Shown piece by piece: positions 46,243 through 56,577 of a DNA stretch of 64,000 nucleotides. The first letter of the stretch is position 1. Every line of letters begins with the position of its first letter. Under the pieces are notes generated by a model that saw nothing but the letters and a program-made list of their open reading frames with translations, made no database searches and was not told the DNA's origin. The translations under genes were made by a program, and so were the position numbers. This stretch comes from a virus: the IMG/VR virus record IMGVR_UViG_3300034073_002951, positions 7,092 through 71,091 of that record. One strand, 5' to 3'.

Positions 46243-46267
46243 TTTATTTAATCTCCCTTATTTCTAT

Positions 46268-46276
46268 TATAAATAT
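46268..46276 (-). promoter_or_regulatory. Putative late promoter ATA(T/C)TTATA (representative copy)
   Basis: The same 9-mer precedes genes, with plus-strand starts at 28775, 32323, 33138, 34018, 36137, 44633, 45655, 46268, 48739, 49094, 50449, 55923 and 63167. Confidence 0.65.
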
Positions 46277-46290
46277 GTAAATTTAATTTT

Positions 46291-48699
46291 TTATGCCGAG
46301 AAGGATGCACCTGTCGGTAGTATGTTGAAGTCTAACACGATGAATTCAGCAGTCTTCGTAGGTTGTAAGTAAATCTGACCTGCCAAGATGTTTCTGTCGA
46401 TTACATCAGGTGTGTTGTTTGTTTCGTCCATAACTACACGGAAGGCGTATAAACCTTGTCTTTGTTGTATTCCTTCAAGATAAGGGTTCACTGTATTTAA
46501 GAACCTGTTTCTTGTTGTTGCTGTGTTTTGTTCGAATACCAAGTATCTTGATGTTGAAGCGATATACTTCTTCACTTTGATAAGTAGTCTTCTTACGTTA
46601 ATTCTGTCTAATGCTGAAGCTCTGTCTTGAAGTGTTTTCTGACCGAATGCTACAATACCCTCACCTGGAAATTGAGCGATTGGGTTTACTTTTCCTTCAT
46701 ATAGTTGGTCTCTTTCAGCGTGTGTAAGTCTGTTAAGTACCGAGATTGCCCCTGTGATACCACCTCTGTTAAGACCTGCTGGAGCGAACCATTCAGCTGC
46801 TACTGCGTCGTTGGCTGCGTATATTCCTGGCATCAATACTGATGGTGGAACAGCAGTTAGTCTGTTTGTTCTACTATCGATTGTTTTAACCCAAGGATAG
46901 TATGTACCAACATAGTTAGAGTCAATTGAATTAGCTTCTTGGATTGCTTGTGCGATAGTATCGGATGTTTGACCTCCTGTGATAGAGTCATAAGATACAC
47001 CGACAACATCACCGATGAAGAAAGCATCTTCACGAGCTTCAACCATATCTACAATCTTGTCGAATACATAAGAGTGGTGTCTACGAATAACACCTGGTGC
47101 AGCTACCAAGTTGATATCGAAATCATCAGGGTTAGATACTGCGTTGATTGCTCTTACGTATGCAACTGAACCACTTGCGGTTGAATTACTTAAATCAAAT
47201 CCTTGTGAGTTACCTGAACCAAATTCTTCATTTGTATTAAGGTTTTTCTCACCTGCTTTTAGTGGTTTAATTGTTGGAGCAACTCCATCAAATCCACCTT
47301 GGAAACCAACTACGAATTGACGTTTTGCGGTATCGTCAGCAGATGAACCTGTCATTGCATATCCAAATCCATGATTTGTAACAACTACACCACCAACGAT
47401 AGCGGTTAAATTAGTTGCGTCAAATGCGAAGTCTGTGTTTGCACCAACTGTTGCACTTGATGGAATTGGTTTTAGATAATTACGGTTATTTAGTTTAACA
47501 ACTGCTGTATCAAAGTCCATACCTGAATAGTATGTTGTTGATGAAGAGTTGTTGTCTGCTGAACCTGTGGAGTAAATTACCGCTGGTATAAGTGTTTCTT
47601 CACCACCACCGACAAATACAGGGTTTGTGTAAGCACCATGTCCGAATGGAGCAGCAGTTACAGGGAACGAACCCTCTGGTTTGGTTTCAACTCTAATGTA
47701 TTTAGAACGGTTAACATAGTCACCATTCATTGTTTGTTTACCAGTAGAGTCTATTGTAATATTCATATCACCGATTACTTTCTTAATGTAATTTGGTGAA
47801 GCTGGGTCTAAGTTTACATTATTCCATGTTTCAAGAATAACTGGTCTTCTGTCTGTATCAGAGAAACCACGAACTACGATTGAGAATGTTGCGTAGTCGG
47901 TAGAGTTAGTTGAACCGGCAGCTTTAACATTAAAGACACCTACTTTAACATCTTGGTTGTAATATGTACCATCACCAAGTGTGTGGAAGCGAACTAAATC
48001 GTATCTTTGACCTGAAATAAGTTGTGATTTAATCCAAGGAGTAGAAGCAAAAGTTACGTCTTGTGCAAATACTTGGTCTGCTAATTCTACTATCTCAACA
48101 ACAGAACCACTATCTGAAATAAATGTTGTTTGATCAGTTGCAGTTTTTTCAAAGTATGAATAAACATATCCACCCTTTGTACCGTATGGTGATGTACCGA
48201 ATACGTCACGAATGTCTTGATTGGAGTTAGGTAATACAGAAGATGAACCTGCAAACTCAAGGTCTGAACCACTAATGTAGAAATTAGATGATGAAGGTTG
48301 TGCATCGATAGTAGTATCATCATTAAAACCATCATCTAAAGTCTGTCTTTCAGTTACGTGGAAAGTACCAACGATTTTTCTACCTCCATCAGAACCACTG
48401 ACTGCAATTGCAAATGGGTTAGCGTGTGTATAACCACCTACGTGACCAACTCTAACGATTGTTACAGTTCCTGCTTCACGTAAATAATTTTGTACAGTAT
48501 ATCCTGTATAATATGATCCGTCTGGTGTACCGAATATTTCTTCGAATTGTGCTTGTGTATTAACTACTGTTGGAACGAATGCTGGGCCTTTTTGGAAAGG
48601 ACCGATGATTGCTGCTCCAATTTCACCAATTCCTTGTGCTAAGAAAGATAGGTCATTCTCTCTTGTAAATACACCTGGTGATACGATTTTTTCTGCCAT
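46291..48699 (-). CDS. Contractile tail sheath protein (gp18-like)
   Basis: SPGVFTRE, YYPWV, WFAPAGLNRG, GQKTL...DRINVRRLL, PTKTAEFI. Confidence 0.95.
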   Translation of the reverse strand: MAEKIVSPGVFTRENDLSFLAQGIGEIGAAIIGPFQKGPAFVPTVVNTQAQFEEIFGTPDGSYYTGYTVQNYLREAGTVTIVRVGHVGGYTHANPFAIAVSGSDGGRKIVGTFHVTERQTLDDGFNDDTTIDAQPSSSNFYISGSDLEFAGSSSVLPNSNQDIRDVFGTSPYGTKGGYVYSYFEKTATDQTTFISDSGSVVEIVELADQVFAQDVTFASTPWIKSQLISGQRYDLVRFHTLGDGTYYNQDVKVGVFNVKAAGSTNSTDYATFSIVVRGFSDTDRRPVILETWNNVNLDPASPNYIKKVIGDMNITIDSTGKQTMNGDYVNRSKYIRVETKPEGSFPVTAAPFGHGAYTNPVFVGGGEETLIPAVIYSTGSADNNSSSTTYYSGMDFDTAVVKLNNRNYLKPIPSSATVGANTDFAFDATNLTAIVGGVVVTNHGFGYAMTGSSADDTAKRQFVVGFQGGFDGVAPTIKPLKAGEKNLNTNEEFGSGNSQGFDLSNSTASGSVAYVRAINAVSNPDDFDINLVAAPGVIRRHHSYVFDKIVDMVEAREDAFFIGDVVGVSYDSITGGQTSDTIAQAIQEANSIDSNYVGTYYPWVKTIDSRTNRLTAVPPSVLMPGIYAANDAVAAEWFAPAGLNRGGITGAISVLNRLTHAERDQLYEGKVNPIAQFPGEGIVAFGQKTLQDRASALDRINVRRLLIKVKKYIASTSRYLVFEQNTATTRNRFLNTVNPYLEGIQQRQGLYAFRVVMDETNNTPDVIDRNILAGQIYLQPTKTAEFIVLDFNILPTGASFSA

Positions 48700-48789
48700 G
48701 TTATTATTACTCCTGATTTTTTTGTGTAAGAATACACATATAAGTATTATTTAATTTTATGAAAAAACAAATTTATAGTTTGTAACTTG

Positions 48790-49059
48790 TTATTTTTCTA
48801 TTGGAACAAATTCACCTGTTTCTGGATTATAATTCCCATCACCATATTTTTCATTAAGAGATTTAAATAATTCTTGTTCTCTTTCTACTAAAGTTTGGTA
48901 ACTTTCTAAAAGTTGGTCTTCAATATCATTTAATTCCTTCAAACGCTTGTCTTTTTCAATTTTTATTTGTCCTAATTGAATAAAAAGATTAGTTGTTTGA
49001 GTTCTTAAATCAATAATTGATTTTTGTTCTTCTTCTGTAAACTTAATTGTTGTTTCCAT
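48790..49059 (-). CDS. Small coiled-coil hypothetical protein
   Basis: EKYGDGNYNPETGEF C-terminus; ATATTTATA motif upstream. Confidence 0.6.
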   Translation of the reverse strand: METTIKFTEEEQKSIIDLRTQTTNLFIQLGQIKIEKDKRLKELNDIEDQLLESYQTLVEREQELFKSLNEKYGDGNYNPETGEFVPIEK

Positions 49060-49125
49060 TTTGATATATTTATTTAAAGATTAAAATAGTATATATAAAT
49101 ATATAAAAATTTTAAAAACGTAAAA

Positions 49126-50433
49126 TTATCTCGTAAATGTAAGAGTTGCATAACCACTTTTCAATCCATGGTCAATCGCTCTCACTCTTGCATAATATGT
49201 TACCCCCGGTGTTAATCCAGCGACATTCAATGTTGTACTACTATATTCTGAAAAAGAATAAACCGGTGATGAAAAATCTGAATTATCATCAACATCTATA
49301 TCATATGCAGTTACACCTGTTGTTCCACTTGATGTACCAGCAGCCCATGTTAAGTTTTTATTTGTGGCATTTACGTCCGTGTAAGCAAATGATTGTGGCG
49401 TACCTGGATTACCTAAATCTGTATGTGAATTACCACCTTTGTTGTGAGTAATAAATCCATTTGCTAAATAAGTATCTTGTTCTTCAACGTCAATTGTTAC
49501 AATTTCATTAACTCCGGTTTCTTCAACGATTGACTCAATTAAAATTTCGTTTAAACTATTTTCTTCAAATTTAATTAATTTATCACCTAAAACAAGTGAT
49601 GAAACTTTTTTAAATCTAAAATTATTATCATTTACATCTTTTACTAAAAATGGGTGTTCTCCTGTTGCATTTATCTGTCCATTGTTTACATTATAAATTT
49701 TTTGAGTAAATGAAAATACAACATTTTTTACTGTTACTATTTCTTCCGTTTCATTTAATTCACTTGAATACCATTCTAAATAATCACCTTCTTGTGTTCC
49801 TAAACCTGAAAGTGAGAAACCTTTTAATTTCATTCCTTCTTCTACATTGCCGATTTCGATAGTTGTACCATCTTCAAGTGTTACGATAGTGTCTAATGTT
49901 AAACAAAGTGCAGTAGAGTTTCCATCATATGAATCTACTGAATAAACGGTTTTGTCTTTATTAACACCATAACCATCACCCGAACCAATATGGTCATTAA
50001 ATCCATCTGCAAAATTAACTCTAATCGTATTAGTTTGAATGGATTGTAATACTGATTGTGCAGATGGTGATTGTGGGTTCATAGAAGCAATATTAAATGA
50101 AGCAGTTGCTCCTGAATTGGTGTTGACTGTAATATAAGATCCTGCTGGGACTGACCATGTAAAGTTACTTGGAGTAGAACCAATAGTTGAAGAAAAATGA
50201 GTTCCTGCTCCTGAAAAACCAAGAGTATATGTTTCGGTTGTATTTTCTACTGCGTATGTAAAGCCTGTGATTGCACCAACTGTATCTATTGCAAAATCAG
50301 CTCCTAATTCAATATTATCACCCGCGGTAGGGGAACCTTTAATTGTTCCTAATGATATATTTGTTGTTCCTTGACCCGTTGCTTGACCCAAGTTATAAAG
50401 TGATAAAGTATCTCCTGCTACAAGTGTTGCCAT
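49126..50433 (-). CDS. Virion-region protein with internal Hint (intein-like) domain and C-terminal FN3-like domain
   Basis: Hint spans 49441..49905: CLTLDT..., ATGEHPF, VTIDVE...YLANGFITHN|K; then W...YDIDVDD...GLTPGVTYYARVRA. Confidence 0.8.
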   Translation of the reverse strand: MATLVAGDTLSLYNLGQATGQGTTNISLGTIKGSPTAGDNIELGADFAIDTVGAITGFTYAVENTTETYTLGFSGAGTHFSSTIGSTPSNFTWSVPAGSYITVNTNSGATASFNIASMNPQSPSAQSVLQSIQTNTIRVNFADGFNDHIGSGDGYGVNKDKTVYSVDSYDGNSTALCLTLDTIVTLEDGTTIEIGNVEEGMKLKGFSLSGLGTQEGDYLEWYSSELNETEEIVTVKNVVFSFTQKIYNVNNGQINATGEHPFLVKDVNDNNFRFKKVSSLVLGDKLIKFEENSLNEILIESIVEETGVNEIVTIDVEEQDTYLANGFITHNKGGNSHTDLGNPGTPQSFAYTDVNATNKNLTWAAGTSSGTTGVTAYDIDVDDNSDFSSPVYSFSEYSSTTLNVAGLTPGVTYYARVRAIDHGLKSGYATLTFTR

Positions 50434-50440
50434 TTCTCTC

Positions 50441-51436
50441 CTATTTGTTATAAATATCTAATAAACTCTCCACCCATACCTCTTTATTGGTAAAATTATT
50501 TATCAAATAATTTTTTAATACGGAAAACCATTTATTTTTGACTTCCCAGCTCTCTTCTATTATACTTGTATAAATATGTTTAAAATCTTTTTTATTCGAT
50601 GCTCGGTAAGGATATTCTAAATCTTTACACCAATTTTTATGTAGTATTGGTAATTTACCTCTATCTACCGCTTCAAATATTCCATACCCAAATGGTTCTG
50701 ATGTAAAACAAGAGTGAGAAATACCCCAATCCATATTATAAAAGTGCTCTTTAAATTCGGGTAAATAGTGAAAAATCTTTGATTTGGAAAGGTCTAACTT
50801 TACACCGTTTTTCCAAATTATATTAAACTCTACAGAATTTGTAAATACATAACTTTCTAATCCATCTAAAAAGTGTGGATTTTTTCTTCCTTCACATCTT
50901 GCAGCAAATCCCAACTTATTTGATTTACTTAAAGGTAGATTGTGTTTAAATTCATAAAAGTTCGGTATTTTTATATGTGGATGTAAAATATCATACAACC
51001 CCACCCATATATTATATGTACTCCATTCTACTACTTCATTTTCCCACTCCGAACTCAAGTAGGGATGCCAACCTAAACTTGCATCAGTTCCAACTTGTGA
51101 TTTAAGTATATGATCTACTGAATTGTGTAAAACATTTGAGTGAATTTTATCTTTATTATCTACAATAGGTTTCATGGGTGTATAATGACCGTGAAGAATG
51201 TTTATTCTTCTTGCACCCGAACACAATTCTTCAAACTTTTGTATATCATCACCGTGCCAATGAGCTTCTATTGGAAACTCATACCCTTCGTGTCCTTTTG
51301 GTTTATTTCGATGAAGGAGGAGTATCGGTTTTACTTCTAAATGTGGAACAATCAACTCCATCCATAAATTAACCCACATATCAGAACCAGCATTTACCCA
51401 AGGACCACCACCTGTTGTGTAATAAACATCGTACAT
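50441..51436 (-). CDS. GT-B glycosyltransferase (GT4-like)
   Basis: GGGPWVNAG, RKNP, SEPFGYGIFEAVDRGKLPI (E-x7-E motif). Confidence 0.7.
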   Translation of the reverse strand: MYDVYYTTGGGPWVNAGSDMWVNLWMELIVPHLEVKPILLLHRNKPKGHEGYEFPIEAHWHGDDIQKFEELCSGARRINILHGHYTPMKPIVDNKDKIHSNVLHNSVDHILKSQVGTDASLGWHPYLSSEWENEVVEWSTYNIWVGLYDILHPHIKIPNFYEFKHNLPLSKSNKLGFAARCEGRKNPHFLDGLESYVFTNSVEFNIIWKNGVKLDLSKSKIFHYLPEFKEHFYNMDWGISHSCFTSEPFGYGIFEAVDRGKLPILHKNWCKDLEYPYRASNKKDFKHIYTSIIEESWEVKNKWFSVLKNYLINNFTNKEVWVESLLDIYNK

Positions 51437-52482
51437 TATTTTTTAACAATAATTTTACCAGAAAACGTACTATTAAATGTAATTGTCAAAGAATTTGGGG
51501 AAGTACTTTCTATTTCACTTGGTATTTCTTGTTTTTTTGTAGAAGTGTTCCAAGCTTGTACTATTGGATATTCTTCATTTAAAGAATGGGATATTGCATA
51601 AATTGAATTACCACTTACGGTTTCGTTATATGTAGTTAAATCGGTAATTTGAGATGAACCACTTATTACCCCACTTGGAATGTTAGTAAAATTCGTATAA
51701 TCTAAATAATACGAACCCAACTGACCGTTTAGTTGATTTGCATCATTTGCAGAACCTGAAACAATATGACCACCCTTTGCCACCACAATATATCCACTTT
51801 GTGCAGATGAAAGTGTAATGGTTGCGGTATTATTATTAGTAAGAACTACGGATTGTGGTATAAGTTGAGCATCAGTTGTATCATAAACCGATATTATTAC
51901 ATTTTTAGAATCAAAATTATGAGTTACTGAAATTGAAGATTGGTTATCAAATGATGCGGTTACAGTTGCTACTTGTGAAACATCTGCGTTTGGTAAATTT
52001 ACTAACCCACTACCATCACCGACATAAGAACCACTAAATGAACCAGATAAAGATTCAGCAACAACTGTGGTTGCATTTAGTCTTTTTACATAAATGTTAT
52101 TCCATTTTTTATTAGAAGCACCTAAATCATAGTATTCATTTCCGTCTGGAATAAGAGAACCACTAAATTCTGCTGCAATAATTACGGAATCAGATGGATT
52201 ATCTCCTATATAAATGGTTCCACCGAGTGTTAAATTTCCATTTATATTAGCATCACCAGTAACTAAAAGATTGGAAGAGGTTACATCACCATTTAATATA
52301 AGTGATCCGGTAACATCGGCATTTGTGGTAAAAATTTCTTGAATAGATGGATTACCATTATCTCTTTCAAAAAATATCCTACCATCATAGGTGTTAATCG
52401 CTAATTCCCCTAACTCTATGTTAGAGGTTGTTGGTACTTTTCCATGTACCGCTGTTCTCTTTAACTTTAATACCTGTGCCAT
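51436..52482 (-). CDS. Fibre/structural protein
   Basis: LKLKR...PTT...ELGELAINTYDG N-terminal module; two H-N/S-L/F...V small beta domains. Confidence 0.65.
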   Translation of the reverse strand: MAQVLKLKRTAVHGKVPTTSNIELGELAINTYDGRIFFERDNGNPSIQEIFTTNADVTGSLILNGDVTSSNLLVTGDANINGNLTLGGTIYIGDNPSDSVIIAAEFSGSLIPDGNEYYDLGASNKKWNNIYVKRLNATTVVAESLSGSFSGSYVGDGSGLVNLPNADVSQVATVTASFDNQSSISVTHNFDSKNVIISVYDTTDAQLIPQSVVLTNNNTATITLSSAQSGYIVVAKGGHIVSGSANDANQLNGQLGSYYLDYTNFTNIPSGVISGSSQITDLTTYNETVSGNSIYAISHSLNEEYPIVQAWNTSTKKQEIPSEIESTSPNSLTITFNSTFSGKIIVKK

Positions 52483-52551
52483 ATTTAAGCGTTACCGTTT
52501 TCATTATATATATAATTACTTCGGTTATAATCTCTTATTAAAGAGAGTGTA

Positions 52552-55500
52552 TTATCCTTCTAAATTGGTTAATCTTTCTTCTAATTTTTCAATTCTCTCC
52601 TGTTGTTCTTTTACAACTTCGATTAAAAGACCTGTTAGTTTGGAATAATCTACACCTTTATAACCATTTTCTCTGTCGTGTACCAATTGTGGAAGTACTT
52701 TTTCAACATCCTGTGCAATCACACCAACATTTGGAGATGATTTTGCTGCTTCGGATGCGTTTTCATTCCATTCCCAAGTAACACCACGTAATTCTTTAAC
52801 TTTTTCAATTGGATTAGAAATAAGTTCAATATTATCTTTTAATCTTTCGTCAGAAGATATGTAAGCAACAATATCACCCGATGCACCAATATCACCTGTT
52901 ACTTTTAATTCATACGTTGCGTCAGAAGCTCCACCAACTCCAACTTTTGCAAATTGTACTGTTGAGTTAGTTGCAACTGCCTGTCCGATTGAGAATGTAA
53001 CAGCACCTGTTCCAGCTGATACAGAAACACCTGTTCCAGCTACTGCGGACGTAACACCGGAGTTTGATATTGTTGTTCCACTTATGGAAATACCTGTACC
53101 TGTTGCTAACCAAGCTGTAGCTCCTGCTGAATCATCCCAAAATATAATTCTATCTGCGTTTGGATCTGTAAGAGATTGGATTCCCAAGTGAGATAAAGAA
53201 ATTGTTCTATTTGCTGCTATTGTACCACCACCTGTTAAACCTGTACCTGCTGAAATGGATACGGTGGAGTGGTCTATGTGTTCGTTTGAAACAAAACCTG
53301 TAGTTGAATCATGATTAATTTGACCCGAACCCGATACTACTCCAAATCCAGTTGTTCTTAAAACTGTTGCATCGACTGCTACGGCGTCTGCGGTTACAGT
53401 AATACCATCACCTTGACCCACTGCTAATGTTCTGTTTGTCGTGAGATTACCACCACCAGTCAAACCATTACCTGAAATAATTTCAAGTGATTGAGAAACT
53501 TTACCACCTATTTGATTTGAAATTGTAGTTGAGAAGTTGGAATCATCACCGAGTGCTGCAGCTAATTCGTTAAGAGTATCAAGTGCCGATGGAGCAGAAT
53601 CTACTAAACCTGCAACTTTTGTATCAACATATGCTTTAACAGATTGTTGTGTTGGTAATTTAGTATCAGAGTTAGATGTCATTGCATCTTCGTCAATCGA
53701 TACTAATGAAAGGATTTGACCTGAACCTGAAACTACTGTTTCTGTACTTAATTTAGTTTTTACTCTTGCATCTGTGTAGTAAAGGTTGGTTCCCTCTGAT
53801 AAGTTTGTAGTACTAAATCCACTTAAAGAAATCTGTGAAGAACCTGAAACTATTCCAGCTGGAATGGATGAAAGTCCTGTGTATGATACTTGCCCCGAAC
53901 CTGAAACTATTCCTGCTGGAATGGATGAAAGACCTGTATATGATACTTGTGAAGAACCAGAAACTACTCCACCTTTAAGATTTGCGGAAAGTGTATCACC
54001 TGTAAGTATCATATCCACGTTTGTAGTGTCAGATACTGATAAGTTGGTTCTTGATGAAATGTCAAGTGTTCCTGTTGTTGATGTAATATCAATTTGACCT
54101 GAACCTGAAACAACGCCAAATCCGGTTGTTCTCAATACTGTTGAATCAACTGCTACAGCGTCTGCTGTTACGGAAATACCGTCACCTTGACCCACTGCAA
54201 GTGTTCTGTTTGTTGTAAGGTTACCTCCACCTGTTAGACCATCACCTGAACCGATTTCGAGTGATTGAGAAACTTTACCACCTATTGTAGTTGAAATAGT
54301 AGTTGCAAAGTTAGGGTCATCACCAAGTGCTGCCGCTAATTCGTTAAGAGTATTTAATGTTTCAGGAGAACCACTAATTAAAGAAGAAATCTCGTTATCA
54401 ACATACGCCTTGACTGACTGTTGTGTTGGTAATTTAGTATCTGAATTTGATACCATGCTGTCTTCATCGATAGATACTAATGTAAGGATTTGTGATGAAC
54501 CTGAAACAACAGTATCAGTATCTAATTTTGTTTTAACTCTTACATCTGTATAATATAAGTTGGTTCCTTCTGTTAAGTCAGTAGTACTAAATCCACTTAA
54601 AGAAATCTGTGAAGAACCTGAAACTATTCCAGCAGGTATATTTGAAAGACCTGTGTATGACACTTGTGAAGAACCCGAAACAACGCCAAATCCGGTTGTT
54701 CTCAATACTGTTGAATCAACTGCTACAGCGTCTGCTGTTACGGAAATACCGTCACCCTGTCCAACGGCAAGAGTTCTATTTGTGGTTAAATTTCCACCCC
54801 CTGTTAAACCATCACCTGAATTTATTTCAAGTGATTGAGAAACTTTACCACCTATCTGATTTGAGATAGTAGTTGAGAAGTTGGAATCATCACCAAGTGC
54901 CGCAGCTAATTCATTAAGAGTATCAAGTGCTGATGGAGCAGAATCTACTAAATTAGCTACCTTTGTATCAACATAAGATTTTACAGATTGTTGTGTCGGT
55001 AGTTTAGTATCCGAATTGGATGTCATTTCATCTTCATCTACGGATACTAAATTAAGAATTTGAGTTGAACTTGAAACTACTGTTTCAACGTTTAATCTTG
55101 TTTTAACTCCACTTTCATAATTTGTTGTCTGTGTTAAATCAACTTGTGATGAACCTGACACCAAATTTGAAATTGTTCCACTATCACCAAGAGAAACAGT
55201 TGTTCCGTTAAAAGATACAGATGAATTTGTGAGTGAAGAATTTCCTATATTTGAAAGTGTATTGTTTGAAGCATCAATTGTTTTATTTGTTAAAGTTACG
55301 GTTGCAGAAGCAAAAGAACTTGTATATGATTCAATATTATTAACTCTTCCACTTAAAGAAGATGTTGTAGATTCAATTGATGATAATCTATTATTTTGAG
55401 TAGTATTGTCAGAATCTAATGAACCTGTTTTGGTTTCTATTGATGATAATCTGGTTTCATAAGATGCGGTTGTTAAGGTAAGTGTTGCATTTTTTAGAAC

Positions 55501-55899
55501 TTGTGAACCTGTAAATGATTCAATACTGTCAACTCGACTGTCAATAGAAGCAGTTGTTAATTCTAAATTTGCAGCTCTACCTTCAAAAGAAGCAGTTGCC
55601 AATTCTAAATTGGATGCTCTACTTTCTAAAGATGATGTTACATTTTCAAGTGTATTATTTTTTGATTCTTGTGAACCTGAAAAACTTTCTAAATTGTCTA
55701 ATCTTGCATCTTGTGAACCTGTGTCAAATGTTAAACCCTCCAAACGACTGTCAAGAGAAGCTGAAAATGTTTCGGGGTCACCGATACCATTGATAGATCC
55801 ACTAAATGAACCACTATAAACTCCATTATCAGGTAGTGTAAATGTACCACCTTCTGCAAATGTTAATGAACCTGAAATTATTGGACTATGTATAATCAT
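52552..55899 (-). CDS. Tail fibre protein with triplicated internal module and C-terminal peptidase S74 chaperone
   Basis: Three APxxLDTLNELAAALGDD-type repeats; SDERLKDNI...GVIAQDVEKVLP...VDYSKL. Confidence 0.8.
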   Translation of the reverse strand: MIIHSPIISGSLTFAEGGTFTLPDNGVYSGSFSGSINGIGDPETFSASLDSRLEGLTFDTGSQDARLDNLESFSGSQESKNNTLENVTSSLESRASNLELATASFEGRAANLELTTASIDSRVDSIESFTGSQVLKNATLTLTTASYETRLSSIETKTGSLDSDNTTQNNRLSSIESTTSSLSGRVNNIESYTSSFASATVTLTNKTIDASNNTLSNIGNSSLTNSSVSFNGTTVSLGDSGTISNLVSGSSQVDLTQTTNYESGVKTRLNVETVVSSSTQILNLVSVDEDEMTSNSDTKLPTQQSVKSYVDTKVANLVDSAPSALDTLNELAAALGDDSNFSTTISNQIGGKVSQSLEINSGDGLTGGGNLTTNRTLAVGQGDGISVTADAVAVDSTVLRTTGFGVVSGSSQVSYTGLSNIPAGIVSGSSQISLSGFSTTDLTEGTNLYYTDVRVKTKLDTDTVVSGSSQILTLVSIDEDSMVSNSDTKLPTQQSVKAYVDNEISSLISGSPETLNTLNELAAALGDDPNFATTISTTIGGKVSQSLEIGSGDGLTGGGNLTTNRTLAVGQGDGISVTADAVAVDSTVLRTTGFGVVSGSGQIDITSTTGTLDISSRTNLSVSDTTNVDMILTGDTLSANLKGGVVSGSSQVSYTGLSSIPAGIVSGSGQVSYTGLSSIPAGIVSGSSQISLSGFSTTNLSEGTNLYYTDARVKTKLSTETVVSGSGQILSLVSIDEDAMTSNSDTKLPTQQSVKAYVDTKVAGLVDSAPSALDTLNELAAALGDDSNFSTTISNQIGGKVSQSLEIISGNGLTGGGNLTTNRTLAVGQGDGITVTADAVAVDATVLRTTGFGVVSGSGQINHDSTTGFVSNEHIDHSTVSISAGTGLTGGGTIAANRTISLSHLGIQSLTDPNADRIIFWDDSAGATAWLATGTGISISGTTISNSGVTSAVAGTGVSVSAGTGAVTFSIGQAVATNSTVQFAKVGVGGASDATYELKVTGDIGASGDIVAYISSDERLKDNIELISNPIEKVKELRGVTWEWNENASEAAKSSPNVGVIAQDVEKVLPQLVHDRENGYKGVDYSKLTGLLIEVVKEQQERIEKLEERLTNLEG
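54107..54756. repeat. 80-bp identical direct repeat (54107-54186 / 54677-54756) within triplicated fibre module
   Basis: The identical string GAAACAACGCCAAATCC...GAAATACCGTCACC occurs twice, 570 bp apart. Confidence 0.85.
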
Positions 55900-55938
55900 C
55901 TCGTTTTACCTTTTTTATTTTGTATAAATATGTTTGAA

Positions 55939-56577
55939 TTAAATTGAACCACCATCTATTTGTGAAATAACCGTTGCTGCTGCTGTTCCAGTTACATCTC
56001 CACTCATAACTACTTGGGCAGATCCAGAAAAAACACCCAATACATTTACTTGGTTGGTTATTGAAGTTTCTAAACCATCAATATTATCTGATGAAATAGA
56101 ACCACTAACAATATGACCACCTCGTGCAACAACGACATATCCACTTTCACTTGAATCAAAAGTAATGGTGATTGTGTTATTATTTGTATGTCTTAATGTT
56201 GCGGGAATAATTTGATAACCATTTACATCAAAAACTTGTGCAATTGCGTTTGGTGTATCTAAATTGTGATTAACTACCCATGTAGATTGATTTGTAAATG
56301 ATTTTTGTATTGTTGATGCTTGATCTACTGTAATATTTGTAAGTTGTGAACCATCACCAACAAAATAGGAAGCTGTTACACTTCCTGAAATATATACATT
56401 ACCTACAATAGCTTCCGTTGTGTTTGTTGAAACTAATGTTTGTATGGTGTCATCACTTTTACGGAAAAATACTTTACCGTCTGCATAGTTGATTGCTAAT
56501 TCACCATATTCGATACTTGATGTTGTTGGTACTGCCCCTGGGTTTGGACTTCTTTTTAATTTAACTATTTGAGCCAT
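55939..56577 (-). CDS. Fibre/structural protein, paralog of 51436..52482
   Basis: Shared MAQ.VKLKR...PTTS.IE.GELAIN..DG and GY.VVA.GGHIVSGS segments. Confidence 0.65.
   Translation of the reverse strand: MAQIVKLKRSPNPGAVPTTSSIEYGELAINYADGKVFFRKSDDTIQTLVSTNTTEAIVGNVYISGSVTASYFVGDGSQLTNITVDQASTIQKSFTNQSTWVVNHNLDTPNAIAQVFDVNGYQIIPATLRHTNNNTITITFDSSESGYVVVARGGHIVSGSISSDNIDGLETSITNQVNVLGVFSGSAQVVMSGDVTGTAAATVISQIDGGSI

Noticed and set aside
49441-49905. Hint domain as a canonical mobile intein
   Set aside because: The +1 residue is Lys, there is no endonuclease, and the host is not a conserved enzyme site; treated as an intein-like autoprocessing domain.
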